The position numbers and the translations under genes are program-made. DNA of 64,000 nt from an uncultured Bacilli bacterium (GTDB lineage Bacteria; Bacillota_I; Bacilli_A; RFN20; CAG-826): the NCBI GenBank assembly GCA_905236715.1, contig CAJOMQ010000001.1:110015-174014 (forward strand). The letters are read 5' to 3'. The notes beneath the pieces were generated by a model that was not told the DNA's origin, made no database searches, and saw only the letters and a list, made by a program, of their open reading frames with translations. Of this stretch, positions 1-10,148 are shown piece by piece (position 1 is the stretch's first letter; each line of letters begins with the position of its first letter).

Positions 1-1260
1 ATCGATGACCCATAATAAATCATAGGTGTTCGGTTTAATTAAACCGAGTTGTTTCCCATATTGTAATCTAATAGCGCCTAATAAAGGAGAGACACGATTA
101 TCGGGACCCGCGGAAATGATAATGATGTCATTGTTCTTCATAGCGAATTCTTTGATTAAAGCGGCTTTTTCGCCTTCTGTTAAGAATTTTACAAATCCAC
201 CGGTTAATTCCTCATTCTCCATTTTAAGAACCGCTAAACCGCCTAAACCGAACTTCTTTGCTTCAACAGTGAGATTATCCACTACTTTACGACTTGTCGT
301 ATCTGCGACGTTAGGGACACAAATACCACGAATCGCATCCGCAGTTTTATAGGTTTCAAATGTTGTATCCGCAAAGAGGGATTTAAGATTATGTAATTCA
401 ATACCAAAGCGAGTATCGGGTTTATCCGTACCATAACGTTCCATAGCTTCTTTATAAGTCATTTGGCGTAATGGTAATTTGACATCATATCCAATAGTAT
501 TCATGAATATTTCATGAATCAATCCTTCCATAATCGTCAAAAATTGGTTTTGATCAAGGAAGGAGGTCTCAATATCAATTTGCGTAAAATCGGGTTGTCT
601 ATCCGCACGTAAATCTTCATCGCGGAAACAACGAGCGATTTGATAATATCTTTCAAAACCCGCGACCATCAAAAGTTGTTTAAACATTTGTGGAGATTGC
701 GGTAAAGCATAAAAACTACCGTGATGTAAACGGGAAGGAACTAAATATTCCTTGGCGCCTTCTGGAGAAGAGGCCGCTAACATCGGTGTTTCTACTTCAA
801 TAAATTGATGTTCGTGCAAATATTTGTGGGTCGTAATTTTAATTTCATCACGAATGTCAAAAAATCTTTGCATGCAAGGACGACGTAAGTCGAGATAGCG
901 GTATTTTAATCTCACTTCTTCTAAGGCGTCGGTTTCATCAGCGATGATTAATGGGGTGGTTTTCGCTGTGTTAACTACGTTAATTTTGTCCGCGATAACT
1001 TCAATTTCCCCGGTTTTCATTTTGGGATTAGCCACTTCTCGACGGCTCACGGTGCCTTCGACTTGTAAAACATATTCGTTACGAATATCAGGGGCTTTAT
1101 CAGCCTCTTTAATCATAATTTGCATAATGCCACTACGATCTCTTAAATCAACAAAGATAATTGAACCGAGATTTCTCTTTTTACTCACCCAGCCCACTAA
1201 AGTGACTTTTTTGCCAACATCGGCCAGGGAGAGTTCTGTATTTCGACATGTTCTTTCCAT
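1..1260 (-). CDS. aspS: Aspartyl-tRNA synthetase (3' end runs off window)
   Basis: Hand translation from ATG at 1260: MERTCRN...FVDLRDRSG, RLKYRYLDLRR, ALPQSPQMFKQLLM, RCFRDEDLRADRQPDFTQID; open to position 1; 2 nt after the hisS stop. Missing from the ORF track because it is truncated. Confidence 0.97.
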   Translation of the reverse strand, partial: MERTCRNTELSLADVGKKVTLVGWVSKKRNLGSIIFVDLRDRSGIMQIMIKEADKAPDIRNEYVLQVEGTVSRREVANPKMKTGEIEVIADKINVVNTAKTTPLIIADETDALEEVRLKYRYLDLRRPCMQRFFDIRDEIKITTHKYLHEHQFIEVETPMLAASSPEGAKEYLVPSRLHHGSFYALPQSPQMFKQLLMVAGFERYYQIARCFRDEDLRADRQPDFTQIDIETSFLDQNQFLTIMEGLIHEIFMNTIGYDVKLPLRQMTYKEAMERYGTDKPDTRFGIELHNLKSLFADTTFETYKTADAIRGICVPNVADTTSRKVVDNLTVEAKKFGLGGLAVLKMENEELTGGFVKFLTEGEKAALIKEFAMKNNDIIIISAGPDNRVSPLLGAIRLQYGKQLGLIKPNTYDLLWVID

Positions 1261-1262
1261 AA

Positions 1263-2591
1263 TTATTCCTTCTTTTGACCTCCACATTCTTCGCCACAAC
1301 AACATTCGCGTTCGTTTTCACCGAGTAATTGATCTAAACGTTCAATATATTCGTTTAAGCATATTTCTTCTTGCTCTTTGGTTAATAAATTTTTCAAAAT
1401 TATCGTCCCATTAGCGACTTCATTATCTCCGATAATAACGCCGACTCTAGCGCCTTTCTTTTCGGCCTTTTTAAACATATTACCTAATTTGGTATTATCG
1501 AAGTTCATCTCGACATTATATCCGAGTAAACGTGCTTCATTGGCTAACGCTAAAGCGTGTATTTGATTTTGTTCACCTAATGGCATCACATAAATATCAC
1601 ATTTTTGGGCCACATTATCTGGAACAAGACCATCATCTGTGATGACTGACGCTAATCTTTCAATACCGAATGAGAAGCCAATACCTGGGACGTCTGGTCC
1701 CCCGACTTCTTTCACTAGGTGGCTATAATGTCCACCGGCGCCAATCGCCCCATAATCGTTACCTTTTTGGCTGATATAATGGAATTCAAAGACGGTTTCG
1801 GAATAATAATCAAGTCCTCTCACCAAATTATCATCAACTTCAAAAGGAATATCATATTCCTTTAAAGCATTACAAACGACTTGGAAACGCGCTTTACTAG
1901 CCTCTGAAAGATATTCAGACATCTTTGGAGCTCCCGTGACGATTTCTTGATCGTGAGGAACTTTACAATCAAGAATTCTTAACGGATTGAGTTTATAACG
2001 GGAATGGCAATCTTCACACATGTCATCAATCTTATCTTTAAAATAATCTTTTAAAGCTTGACGATAATTTAAGCGGGACTCCTCGTCCCCTAAGGTGTTA
2101 ATTTTAATTTTGACATTCTCTAGACCTAAAGAGACGAGCATCGTATAAGCCATCGTAATGACTTCCACATCGTTAATTGGCGAATTATGCCCCACGGCTT
2201 CCACACCAAATTGATTAAATTGACGATAACGGCCGAGTTGTGGTCTTTCATAACGGAAAACAGGGCCACAATAATATAATTTCAAAGGCCAATCATTTGT
2301 CGCTAATAATTTATTTTGCACGATTAAACGCATGATGCCCGCGGTAAATTCGGGGCGTAAGGTTAAGCTTCTTTCCCCTTTATCGAGAAATGTATACATT
2401 TCTTTTCTCACGACATCACTTGATTCACCAACACCTCTGACGAATAATTCGCTATATTCGAGAACCGGTGGGCGCACTTCACTATACATATATAGTTCCG
2501 CAACTTGCTTGAGCAAATTTTCAATTTCGCTATATAAATTAGCCTCGACGCCAATGACATCATGTGTCCCTTTTACATTGTTAATAGCCAT
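1263..2591 (-). CDS. hisS: Histidyl-tRNA synthetase
   Basis: KEMYTF, LRPEFTA, FRYERPQ.GRYRQF.QFGVE, LVRGLDYY, GFSFGIERL motifs. Confidence 0.98.
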   Translation of the reverse strand: MAINNVKGTHDVIGVEANLYSEIENLLKQVAELYMYSEVRPPVLEYSELFVRGVGESSDVVRKEMYTFLDKGERSLTLRPEFTAGIMRLIVQNKLLATNDWPLKLYYCGPVFRYERPQLGRYRQFNQFGVEAVGHNSPINDVEVITMAYTMLVSLGLENVKIKINTLGDEESRLNYRQALKDYFKDKIDDMCEDCHSRYKLNPLRILDCKVPHDQEIVTGAPKMSEYLSEASKARFQVVCNALKEYDIPFEVDDNLVRGLDYYSETVFEFHYISQKGNDYGAIGAGGHYSHLVKEVGGPDVPGIGFSFGIERLASVITDDGLVPDNVAQKCDIYVMPLGEQNQIHALALANEARLLGYNVEMNFDNTKLGNMFKKAEKKGARVGVIIGDNEVANGTIILKNLLTKEQEEICLNEYIERLDQLLGENERECCCGEECGGQKKE

Positions 2592-2621
2592 AATATTTTC
2601 CTTTCATAATTAATATATTAA

Positions 2622-4829
2622 TTAGTGAATGATTCTTATCACATCATAGACACCTTTGATGGAGCGGATAATGTGGAATAAATCATCGAGTCTTTTTGCA
2701 TCGCTCACATAGATGGACATAGAGATATAACAATCCAAATTGTTATTAGTCAAATGAGCATGTAAATTACTCACTGTCGTTTTATTTGAAGATAAGGTGG
2801 ACATCAAATCAACGAGAAGATTGGGTCTATCGTTTGCTTTCACCACCACATCGACTTGATAAGTGGCAAATTCTAAATCATCACGCCAATAAACATCGAC
2901 TAGACGTTGCGTTTCGTGGGCCACATTAGGACAATTAGCACGGTGCACTGTCACACCTTTACCTTTGGTAATATATCCGACGATATTATCACCGGGAATC
3001 GGTGTACAGCAACTAGCTAACCCGATAGCGATTTTCCCGACTCCTTTACAATAGACAGGGCAGGTATTACTCGCTTTCCCTCTTGTCCAAGCCCCACTTA
3101 AAACATTGCTGATGGGTCGTTTAATTCTTAAAAATTCAATAATTTGATTCGCGGTGGGTTTATGACCAGAGATGCCAACGAATAAATCATCGACATTGTC
3201 AAAGCCAAAATGTTCTAATGTCTTTTCATCTTGAAGATATTTCATCGCCGCTTCTTCATCAACTTCGCGGTCTTTAAAAGCGTCAAGCACTGACTGTTTG
3301 CCTTTGGCAATACGGTCATCTCTTAATAATTCGGCATTCTTTTTGGCGACGTATTTGCGAATCGCGCTTTTGGCGTTAGCGGATTTGACAAAAGCCAACC
3401 AGTCTTCATTCGGTGTGGAATTCTTATTGGTTTTAATTTCCACTAAGTCACCGGTTTTCAAAACGGTATTTAAAGGCACCATGACATGATTGACAATCGC
3501 GCCAACGCATGTATCGCCCACTTTTGTGTGAATACGATAAGCAAAATCAACGGGTGTACTACCAGTGGGTAATTCCACTACTTTGCCTTTTGGCGTAAAA
3601 ACATAGACATTAGCTTCAAAAATATCATGGGTGAGGCTTTCGATATATTCAGAAGCTTTTTCATCCTGACTTTCATTACTCATGGAAACCATATCGCGGA
3701 ACCAATGCAATTTATTTTCAATTTCTTGTTGTTCTTTTTGCGAATTATAGCCATTACCTTCTTTATAGGCCCAGTGAGCGGCAATGCCACTTTCCGCTAC
3801 TTCATCCATCTCTTTGGTGCGGATTTGAATTTCATAGAAATTCCCATCACCACCGACAATGGTCGTATGTAATGATTGATACATATTGGCTTTGGGCATC
3901 GCAATGTAATCTTTAAAACGTCCAGGAACGGGTTTATAAGATTGATGGATTAAGCCCATAATTTCATAGCACTGAATTTCATTATCAGTGATGATACGGA
4001 GGGCTAAAATATCATATATTTCATCAAAAGGATGGCCTTTAATGTACATCTTTCGATAAATCGAATAAATGGATTTCACACGAGCGGAAATGTCAAAAGG
4101 AATATTTTGTTCGAATAAAATATCGGCAATTTTCTTTTTCAATTGATCAAGAGATTTGGTCATTGTTTTAGCGCGTTTGCTGAGCAATTTCTTGATTTCG
4201 TTATATTTTTCTGGCTCCAAATATTTTAAGCAGAGGTCTTCTAATTCACTTTTAATGGTGTCTAAACCTAAGCGGTGCGCAATCGGGACAAAAACATCAA
4301 TGGTTTCTTTAGAAATAACTTGTTGTCTTTCGGGCGATAAGGCCGCTAAAGTGCGCATATTATGTAATCTATCCGCTAATTTGATGATGATGACACGGAT
4401 GTCTTTGGCCATGCCAAGGAATATTTTGCGGTGATCTTCTGCTTCAAATTCTTCCGCATCAATACGGGATAATTTCAATCTTTGAATTTTCGTGAGAGCG
4501 TCAACAATCTTAGCGACTTCGGGACCCCACATCTTTTCGATATCTTCAATTGTGGTATCCGTGTCTTCGACAACATCATGTAAAAAGCCAGCGATAATGG
4601 TCGCCGGACCACAATGTAAATCAGCGAGGATATAAGCTACTTCCACGAGGTGATGATAATATGGTTCACCACTTTTCCGTAACTGGCCTTCATGCTTACG
4701 CATGATAAAATCATAAGCGCGACGAATGTTGTTCTTATCTTCATCAGAAGAGATGTATAAAGAGAATTTTTCTTCAACATCTTCATATGTATGTAAGGGA
4801 TATCCACCGTTGACTAAGACTTTTTCCAT
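2622..4829 (-). CDS. relA: Bifunctional (p)ppGpp synthetase/hydrolase Rel
   Basis: HD domain (RKSGEPY, LHDVVED, KLADRLHNMRT), synthetase (KDYIAMPK.NMYQSLHT, EIQIRT), TGS, CC and ACT regions; start moved to ATG at 4829. Confidence 0.97.
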   Translation of the reverse strand: MEKVLVNGGYPLHTYEDVEEKFSLYISSDEDKNNIRRAYDFIMRKHEGQLRKSGEPYYHHLVEVAYILADLHCGPATIIAGFLHDVVEDTDTTIEDIEKMWGPEVAKIVDALTKIQRLKLSRIDAEEFEAEDHRKIFLGMAKDIRVIIIKLADRLHNMRTLAALSPERQQVISKETIDVFVPIAHRLGLDTIKSELEDLCLKYLEPEKYNEIKKLLSKRAKTMTKSLDQLKKKIADILFEQNIPFDISARVKSIYSIYRKMYIKGHPFDEIYDILALRIITDNEIQCYEIMGLIHQSYKPVPGRFKDYIAMPKANMYQSLHTTIVGGDGNFYEIQIRTKEMDEVAESGIAAHWAYKEGNGYNSQKEQQEIENKLHWFRDMVSMSNESQDEKASEYIESLTHDIFEANVYVFTPKGKVVELPTGSTPVDFAYRIHTKVGDTCVGAIVNHVMVPLNTVLKTGDLVEIKTNKNSTPNEDWLAFVKSANAKSAIRKYVAKKNAELLRDDRIAKGKQSVLDAFKDREVDEEAAMKYLQDEKTLEHFGFDNVDDLFVGISGHKPTANQIIEFLRIKRPISNVLSGAWTRGKASNTCPVYCKGVGKIAIGLASCCTPIPGDNIVGYITKGKGVTVHRANCPNVAHETQRLVDVYWRDDLEFATYQVDVVVKANDRPNLLVDLMSTLSSNKTTVSNLHAHLTNNNLDCYISMSIYVSDAKRLDDLFHIIRSIKGVYDVIRIIH

Positions 4830-4913
4830 TTGTAATACCAAAAATTATCTTATCTCTTTTTATTCTTTAAATAAAGGAATAAAGCAAAAAGCCGATAAAA
4901 TAAAAAGCCAAGA

Positions 4914-6695
4914 TTAATTGGCTTTCTGATCTTCATATTGCAGTTTATATAATTTGTAATAGAGACCTTTTTGTTTTAATAAACCTTGGTGATTACCACT
5001 TTCAATGATTTCTCCGTGTTGTAAAACGATAATCTTATCGGCTTTTTGTATGGTGGATAATCGGTGCGCCACCACGAGCATTGTACCAATGCTTTTCATC
5101 TTTTCTAATGATTCTTGAATCAATACTTCGGTTTCCGTATCGATATTCGCAGTTGCCTCATCAAGAATGAGAATCTGTGGTTTATGAAGGATTGTTCTCG
5201 CAAAGGATAGGAGTTGTCTTTGTCCTTGTGAGAAATTTTCCCCTCTTTCAATCACTTCTTCTTCTAAGCCGTGATCTAATCGATTGATAAATTTATCAGC
5301 GTTCACATAAGTACAAGCTTCCATCACTTCTTCATCGCTGAAGGACTCATCATGCAAAGTAATATTGTTTTTAATATTGCCGGAGAAGAGGAAAACATCT
5401 TGTAACATTTGCCCAATAGCTTTCCGTAAACAATCGATTTTGATATCTTTAATATCAATATCATCGATGAGAATTTGTCCTTTTTGGATTTCATAATTTC
5501 GGACAATAAGGGAAAGAATAGTTGTTTTTCCCGCACCGGTAGCGCCCACAAAGGCGCATGTTTCGCCAGGTTCCACCACAAACGAGACATCTTTTAATAC
5601 CCATTCATTCGGTAAGTAAGCAAACCAGACATTTTTAAATTCAATTTTCCCATCAAAGTGGTCAATTTCTAAAGCGTCTGGTTTATCTAATACTTCGGGA
5701 GGAACATCCATAAGATTAAATAATCTTTCCGAAGAAGTTCTCGCTCTTTGGATGTGATTTAATTTATCCGCTAATTCTTGGACAGGATTAAAGAATTTTG
5801 ATAAATAGAGATAAAACGCCACCACTTCACCAGCGTTAAGATTACGGCTACCAAAGAAGAAAGTCACCGCCACCGCTAATAAATAGAGTAAATTAATCAA
5901 AGGACGATAAACGCCAAAGGCAAGGATGATATGATAACGATCATTTTTCAAATCGTTATTGACCTTGACAAATTCTTTGTCTTTTCGGGCTTGTTGATTG
6001 AAATATTGGATAATTTTCATGCCACTTAAACTTTCGTTTAAGAAAGCATTAAGCGCACTGGTATCCGCTCTTTCTTTTTTGAAAATCTTATAGATGATTT
6101 TGGAAAAGAAGAAAGAAATGATGAAGATGATGACCACAAATCCTAAAAGGATTAAAGAAAGTCGCCAAGAGATGGTCACCATAATGACATAAACCGCCAC
6201 TACTGTGACGATATCTCTTAAAATATTCACCAATACGTTGGTAAATAAATCACTCATCTGGGTCGTATAATTAGCCACACGCGTCACTAAAGAGCCCACC
6301 GGCATTTCGTTAAATTGATTTTGCGACATATTTTCAATGTGAGCGAAAACATCATAACGAATCTTGTAGATGATATTTTGTCCAGCACGTTGGAGAAGCA
6401 TGCTTTCAAAATAAGCTACACCTTGATTCACCACTGCTAAACCGAAATAGCCCACTGCTAAAAAGATAATATCGGTGAGAATGTTTTGTGAAAGTACATC
6501 TGACTGTAGGTTATTGGTGATGTTAGCCATCAATAAGGGGAAGATTAAATCAAAGGCTACGGTGACGCCAATAAAGATAAAAGCGAAAAGGAATTTCACC
6601 CATTCAGGTTTGACGTAGGCCATGATGCGTTTAAAAAGAATGCGATTAGGAATCTTTTTATCACCAGTTAATGCTAATTTTTCTTCGGCATCCAT
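4914..6695 (-). CDS. Heterodimeric ABC exporter subunit (TMD+NBD), canonical Walker B/H-switch
   Basis: GATGAGKT, ILILDEATANID, VAHRLST, non-canonical signature FSQGQ; BmrD/YheH-like. Confidence 0.93.
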   Translation of the reverse strand: MDAEEKLALTGDKKIPNRILFKRIMAYVKPEWVKFLFAFIFIGVTVAFDLIFPLLMANITNNLQSDVLSQNILTDIIFLAVGYFGLAVVNQGVAYFESMLLQRAGQNIIYKIRYDVFAHIENMSQNQFNEMPVGSLVTRVANYTTQMSDLFTNVLVNILRDIVTVVAVYVIMVTISWRLSLILLGFVVIIFIISFFFSKIIYKIFKKERADTSALNAFLNESLSGMKIIQYFNQQARKDKEFVKVNNDLKNDRYHIILAFGVYRPLINLLYLLAVAVTFFFGSRNLNAGEVVAFYLYLSKFFNPVQELADKLNHIQRARTSSERLFNLMDVPPEVLDKPDALEIDHFDGKIEFKNVWFAYLPNEWVLKDVSFVVEPGETCAFVGATGAGKTTILSLIVRNYEIQKGQILIDDIDIKDIKIDCLRKAIGQMLQDVFLFSGNIKNNITLHDESFSDEEVMEACTYVNADKFINRLDHGLEEEVIERGENFSQGQRQLLSFARTILHKPQILILDEATANIDTETEVLIQESLEKMKSIGTMLVVAHRLSTIQKADKIIVLQHGEIIESGNHQGLLKQKGLYYKLYKLQYEDQKAN

Positions 6696-6696
6696 C

Positions 6697-8493
6697 TTAC
6701 CTACCTCCTTCCACTTCTTCTTCTAATTTTTGTAATTTCACCATGTTCTTATAGGTGGAGGAAATCTTTAAAAGATTTTCCGGAGTATCAAAAGCTTCTA
6801 AGCAACCATCGTTTAAAACAATAATGCGATCCATATGGGCCACAGTGGAAACACGAGACGCCACTAAAATGGTCGTTTTGCCTTCACGTTGGGTTTGAAT
6901 ATTGTGCAAAATAGTTTCTTCGGTTTTCACGTCAACCGCAGAAACGGAATCATCAAGAATTAATATAGGTGCGCCTGTATAGAAAGCGCGGGCAATGGAA
7001 ATACGTTGCTTTTGTCCACCTGATAATGTGACGCCTCTTTCGCCCGAGACAGTTTCATAAGAATTGGTGAAATCAGAAATGTCACTATGGACATCGGAGA
7101 ATTTCGCTGCGCTGATATAGCGGTCAGATTCATCTTCTTCATCCGAAAAAGCGATGTTGTTTTTGATTGTATCACTAAATAAGAAATTGTCTTGTGGCAC
7201 ATAAGCGATATTTTTTCTTAGTGAATATAAAGTCACATCCATAATATCGTGGCCATCAATTAAAACATTATTGGGCTCCACATTATAACTGCGTAATAAA
7301 GAGTTGGCTAATGTTGTCTTGCCGGAACCAATTTTACCGACGATACCAATTTTTTCACCCGCTTTTATTTCTAAAGAAATATCTTTTAGATATAATTTGC
7401 CACTATCAGGATAAACAAAAGAGAAATGATTAAAAGTAATGTTGCCTTTGACATCTTTTAATTCAATGGCTCCTTCTTTATCTTTGACATTTTCTTCTTC
7501 ATCGAGGAAATGGCTGATTCTTTTTAGTGATGTCTTGGCGCGGGAACGCATAGAAACGATTTGTCCTAACGCCATCATCGGCCAAATGAGAGTTTCAAAA
7601 TAACCGAGGAAGGTGACTAATTGGCCAGCGTTTAAAGTAACTTCATGACCAAAAAGAGTGACGGGATTACCAGTTTGACTAGCGTAAACAAACCAGCCAC
7701 CAAAGCCCACTAAGATGGCTAATATGGCGGAAATGATAATAGCTATGCAATTATCAAAGATGACGGATAAACGGGCAAACGACAAATTGGCGTCTTTACT
7801 TTTTCTGGCCACTTTGGCAAAAGCGTGTAATTCTTGAGTTTGTTTAACAAATGCTTTAATAACGCGAATGCCGGTGAAATTTTCTTGGGAAAAATCATAT
7901 AAATTATCAAAAGCTTTTTGTCTATTTTCCCATCTTTGTGACATGAATTTTTCCACTAATGCACCCCAGACAACGATTAAAAGCATGGGGATGAGAGCGA
8001 TTAGAGTCAAAGGTAAATCAAGCAAAAACATCTTCACGATGACTAAAGCCGACATAAACAAGGCATCAACGAGCATAATGGTGCCCCAGCCAAAGAAGTC
8101 TTCGACTTCATCGATATCATTGGTGAACCAAGCCGTAATGGTTCCCACTTTGTTTTGATGATAATAATCTAAAGATAAGCGTTCCGCCTTTAAAAACATT
8201 TGATGACGGAGGCTAGCTTGAATATTTGTGGAAGCATGGAAAACCGCGACACGCCAAATAATCCGACCAACAAACATGCCGATAGCGACAAAAACCACAT
8301 ACAAAACGATCTTGCTGATGGCTTCAATATTTATTTGTTCGCCAGCGGGAACATGTAATAAATTGACCACTTCTCCCAAATATTCAGGAATAAATAATTG
8401 GAGATAATCAACTGCGACTAAAGCAGCCACCCCTATAAGGAAGAAAATGCCATATTTGAGATAGAATTTGTTAACGTATTTTCCTAATAGCAT
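6697..8493 (-). CDS. Heterodimeric ABC exporter subunit (TMD+NBD), degenerate Walker B/H-switch
   Basis: GKIGSGKT, LSGGQKQR, ILILDDSVSAVD (E>D), VASRVST (H>S); BmrC/YheI-like partner of the adjacent gene. Confidence 0.93.
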   Translation of the reverse strand: MLLGKYVNKFYLKYGIFFLIGVAALVAVDYLQLFIPEYLGEVVNLLHVPAGEQINIEAISKIVLYVVFVAIGMFVGRIIWRVAVFHASTNIQASLRHQMFLKAERLSLDYYHQNKVGTITAWFTNDIDEVEDFFGWGTIMLVDALFMSALVIVKMFLLDLPLTLIALIPMLLIVVWGALVEKFMSQRWENRQKAFDNLYDFSQENFTGIRVIKAFVKQTQELHAFAKVARKSKDANLSFARLSVIFDNCIAIIISAILAILVGFGGWFVYASQTGNPVTLFGHEVTLNAGQLVTFLGYFETLIWPMMALGQIVSMRSRAKTSLKRISHFLDEEENVKDKEGAIELKDVKGNITFNHFSFVYPDSGKLYLKDISLEIKAGEKIGIVGKIGSGKTTLANSLLRSYNVEPNNVLIDGHDIMDVTLYSLRKNIAYVPQDNFLFSDTIKNNIAFSDEEDESDRYISAAKFSDVHSDISDFTNSYETVSGERGVTLSGGQKQRISIARAFYTGAPILILDDSVSAVDVKTEETILHNIQTQREGKTTILVASRVSTVAHMDRIIVLNDGCLEAFDTPENLLKISSTYKNMVKLQKLEEEVEGGR

Positions 8494-8520
8494 AATTACT
8501 TAGTAAATGATATCAATATA

Positions 8521-8548
8521 AAATAAAAGTCGCAATTACTTTGCGACT
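8521..8548 (-). terminator. Intrinsic terminator after recJ
   Basis: AGUCGCAA-agUaa-UUGCGACU followed by UUUAUUU on the minus strand. Confidence 0.7.
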
Positions 8549-10115
8549 ATTTCTTGCTCTCTTGATAAGACTTTATAGCGAATTCTAAAGTCGTTTGTCC
8601 ACGATATGTGGAAGTCTTCATTCGCCCTTTAAAATCAACATACCGATAAGCGGATAATTCTTCTTTTCCCATATTAAAGCCAATTAATTTTACCCCTTGA
8701 CCGATATAAGTCAAGATGTGTTCATTATTTCTTGAATACATTAAGGATGAGGTGAGAATGTGACTAATCGCAAAGGTCGGAGAAGGCCAACTTTCTCCAA
8801 AAGGAGAAAAGGAATTGACTAATTCATAATTAGCGAAATTAATTTCCGTTAATCCTAAAGGAATAATTTCTTCTTTATATTCTTCAATTGGTGTATTTTT
8901 GACTAGTTCAATGAATCTCTTTTTAAAGAGGGGGAAATCTTCCGCTTTAATGGAACACCCGCCCGCTAGTGCATGACCGCCAGCGGCTAAAGTTAAATCG
9001 CTCAATTTATTAAAAGCGTCAACAACATTAAAACCGACAGGAGCGCGACAGCTTCCTTTGAAAACATCTTCGTTTTGTTCTTTAGCAAAGACAATTGTGG
9101 GCACATGATAAGTGCTACACAAATGATTAGCGATTAATCCCAATAATCCTTCTTTGACATCACTAATGATGACAATCGCCCCATTTTCTTGGGGAACATC
9201 TTTAATATCTAAAGTCGCTGATTTACTAGCTTCTTTTCTTTCTTCATTAGTTTGATTAATCCAATTTAAGTAGTTTAATATTTCTTCGCGATTTTCTGAG
9301 GTGAAAAATAGGACAATGCGGTTGATTTGATCATCTTCAATCATACGACCTAAAGCGTTGATTTTGGGGGCGATTTTCATCCCAATACTATTTTCATCAA
9401 ATCTCTCGCCGTCTTTTAATAAATCAATGGCTAAAAATTCATCGTCTTCATAAGCGGAAATACACGCTTTTAATAGGCGTCTATTATAATCTAATAATGG
9501 CATCATATCACTGATAAGAGAGATACTGGCTAGCATAGCTAGATATTTGTCCACTCTCCCTAAAAAGGCACTGGCAAACATAAAAGCGGTAAAAGCTCCA
9601 CTACTAGGCGTTTCACCAAAGTGAGAAAAGGTCGGATGAATAATGATATCCGCCAGTGGTAAAGTATCTTGAATTGTGTGGTGATCAAGGACTAAAACTT
9701 TCACCCCGTGATTATGTAAATATTCAATTCCTTCAAAAGCAGAAACACCATTATCGACAGTAATTAATAAACCCACACCATTTTCCACGGCTTTTTGGGC
9801 GTATTTGAGGGTTAAACCATATCCATCTAAATAACGGGATGGGATATAATAATCAACTGGATAATGAACATATTGAAACATCTTCACTAAAATGCTCGTG
9901 CCCATCACCCCATCAGCGTCATAATCACCATAAATGGCGACTCTTTGTAAATGATCAATTGCTTCTTTCACTAATGACACCGCTTCTTCCATACGGTCGA
10001 AATGATGACCAATAGCAAAATCTTCGATGGTGCTGGGCGCGATAAGGTCGGCATATCGCTCTTCATCGATATGATAAAAATCTAATAGTCTCTGTTTTAA
10101 AGTTTTTTGCATCAT
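8547..10115 (-). CDS. recJ: ssDNA exonuclease RecJ (DHH/DHHA1)
   Basis: YGDYDADG, ITVDNG, LDHH, APKINALGR, GSCR, GGHALAGG motifs. Confidence 0.93.
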   Translation of the reverse strand: MMQKTLKQRLLDFYHIDEERYADLIAPSTIEDFAIGHHFDRMEEAVSLVKEAIDHLQRVAIYGDYDADGVMGTSILVKMFQYVHYPVDYYIPSRYLDGYGLTLKYAQKAVENGVGLLITVDNGVSAFEGIEYLHNHGVKVLVLDHHTIQDTLPLADIIIHPTFSHFGETPSSGAFTAFMFASAFLGRVDKYLAMLASISLISDMMPLLDYNRRLLKACISAYEDDEFLAIDLLKDGERFDENSIGMKIAPKINALGRMIEDDQINRIVLFFTSENREEILNYLNWINQTNEERKEASKSATLDIKDVPQENGAIVIISDVKEGLLGLIANHLCSTYHVPTIVFAKEQNEDVFKGSCRAPVGFNVVDAFNKLSDLTLAAGGHALAGGCSIKAEDFPLFKKRFIELVKNTPIEEYKEEIIPLGLTEINFANYELVNSFSPFGESWPSPTFAISHILTSSLMYSRNNEHILTYIGQGVKLIGFNMGKEELSAYRYVDFKGRMKTSTYRGQTTLEFAIKSYQESKK

Positions 10116-10148
10116 AGAAAAAGGGCTACCAAAAGGTAGCCATGAAAA

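Noticed and set aside
2592..2621. T-box upstream of hisS-aspS
   Set aside because: Only 30 bp separate rel and hisS, and no T-box motif is present
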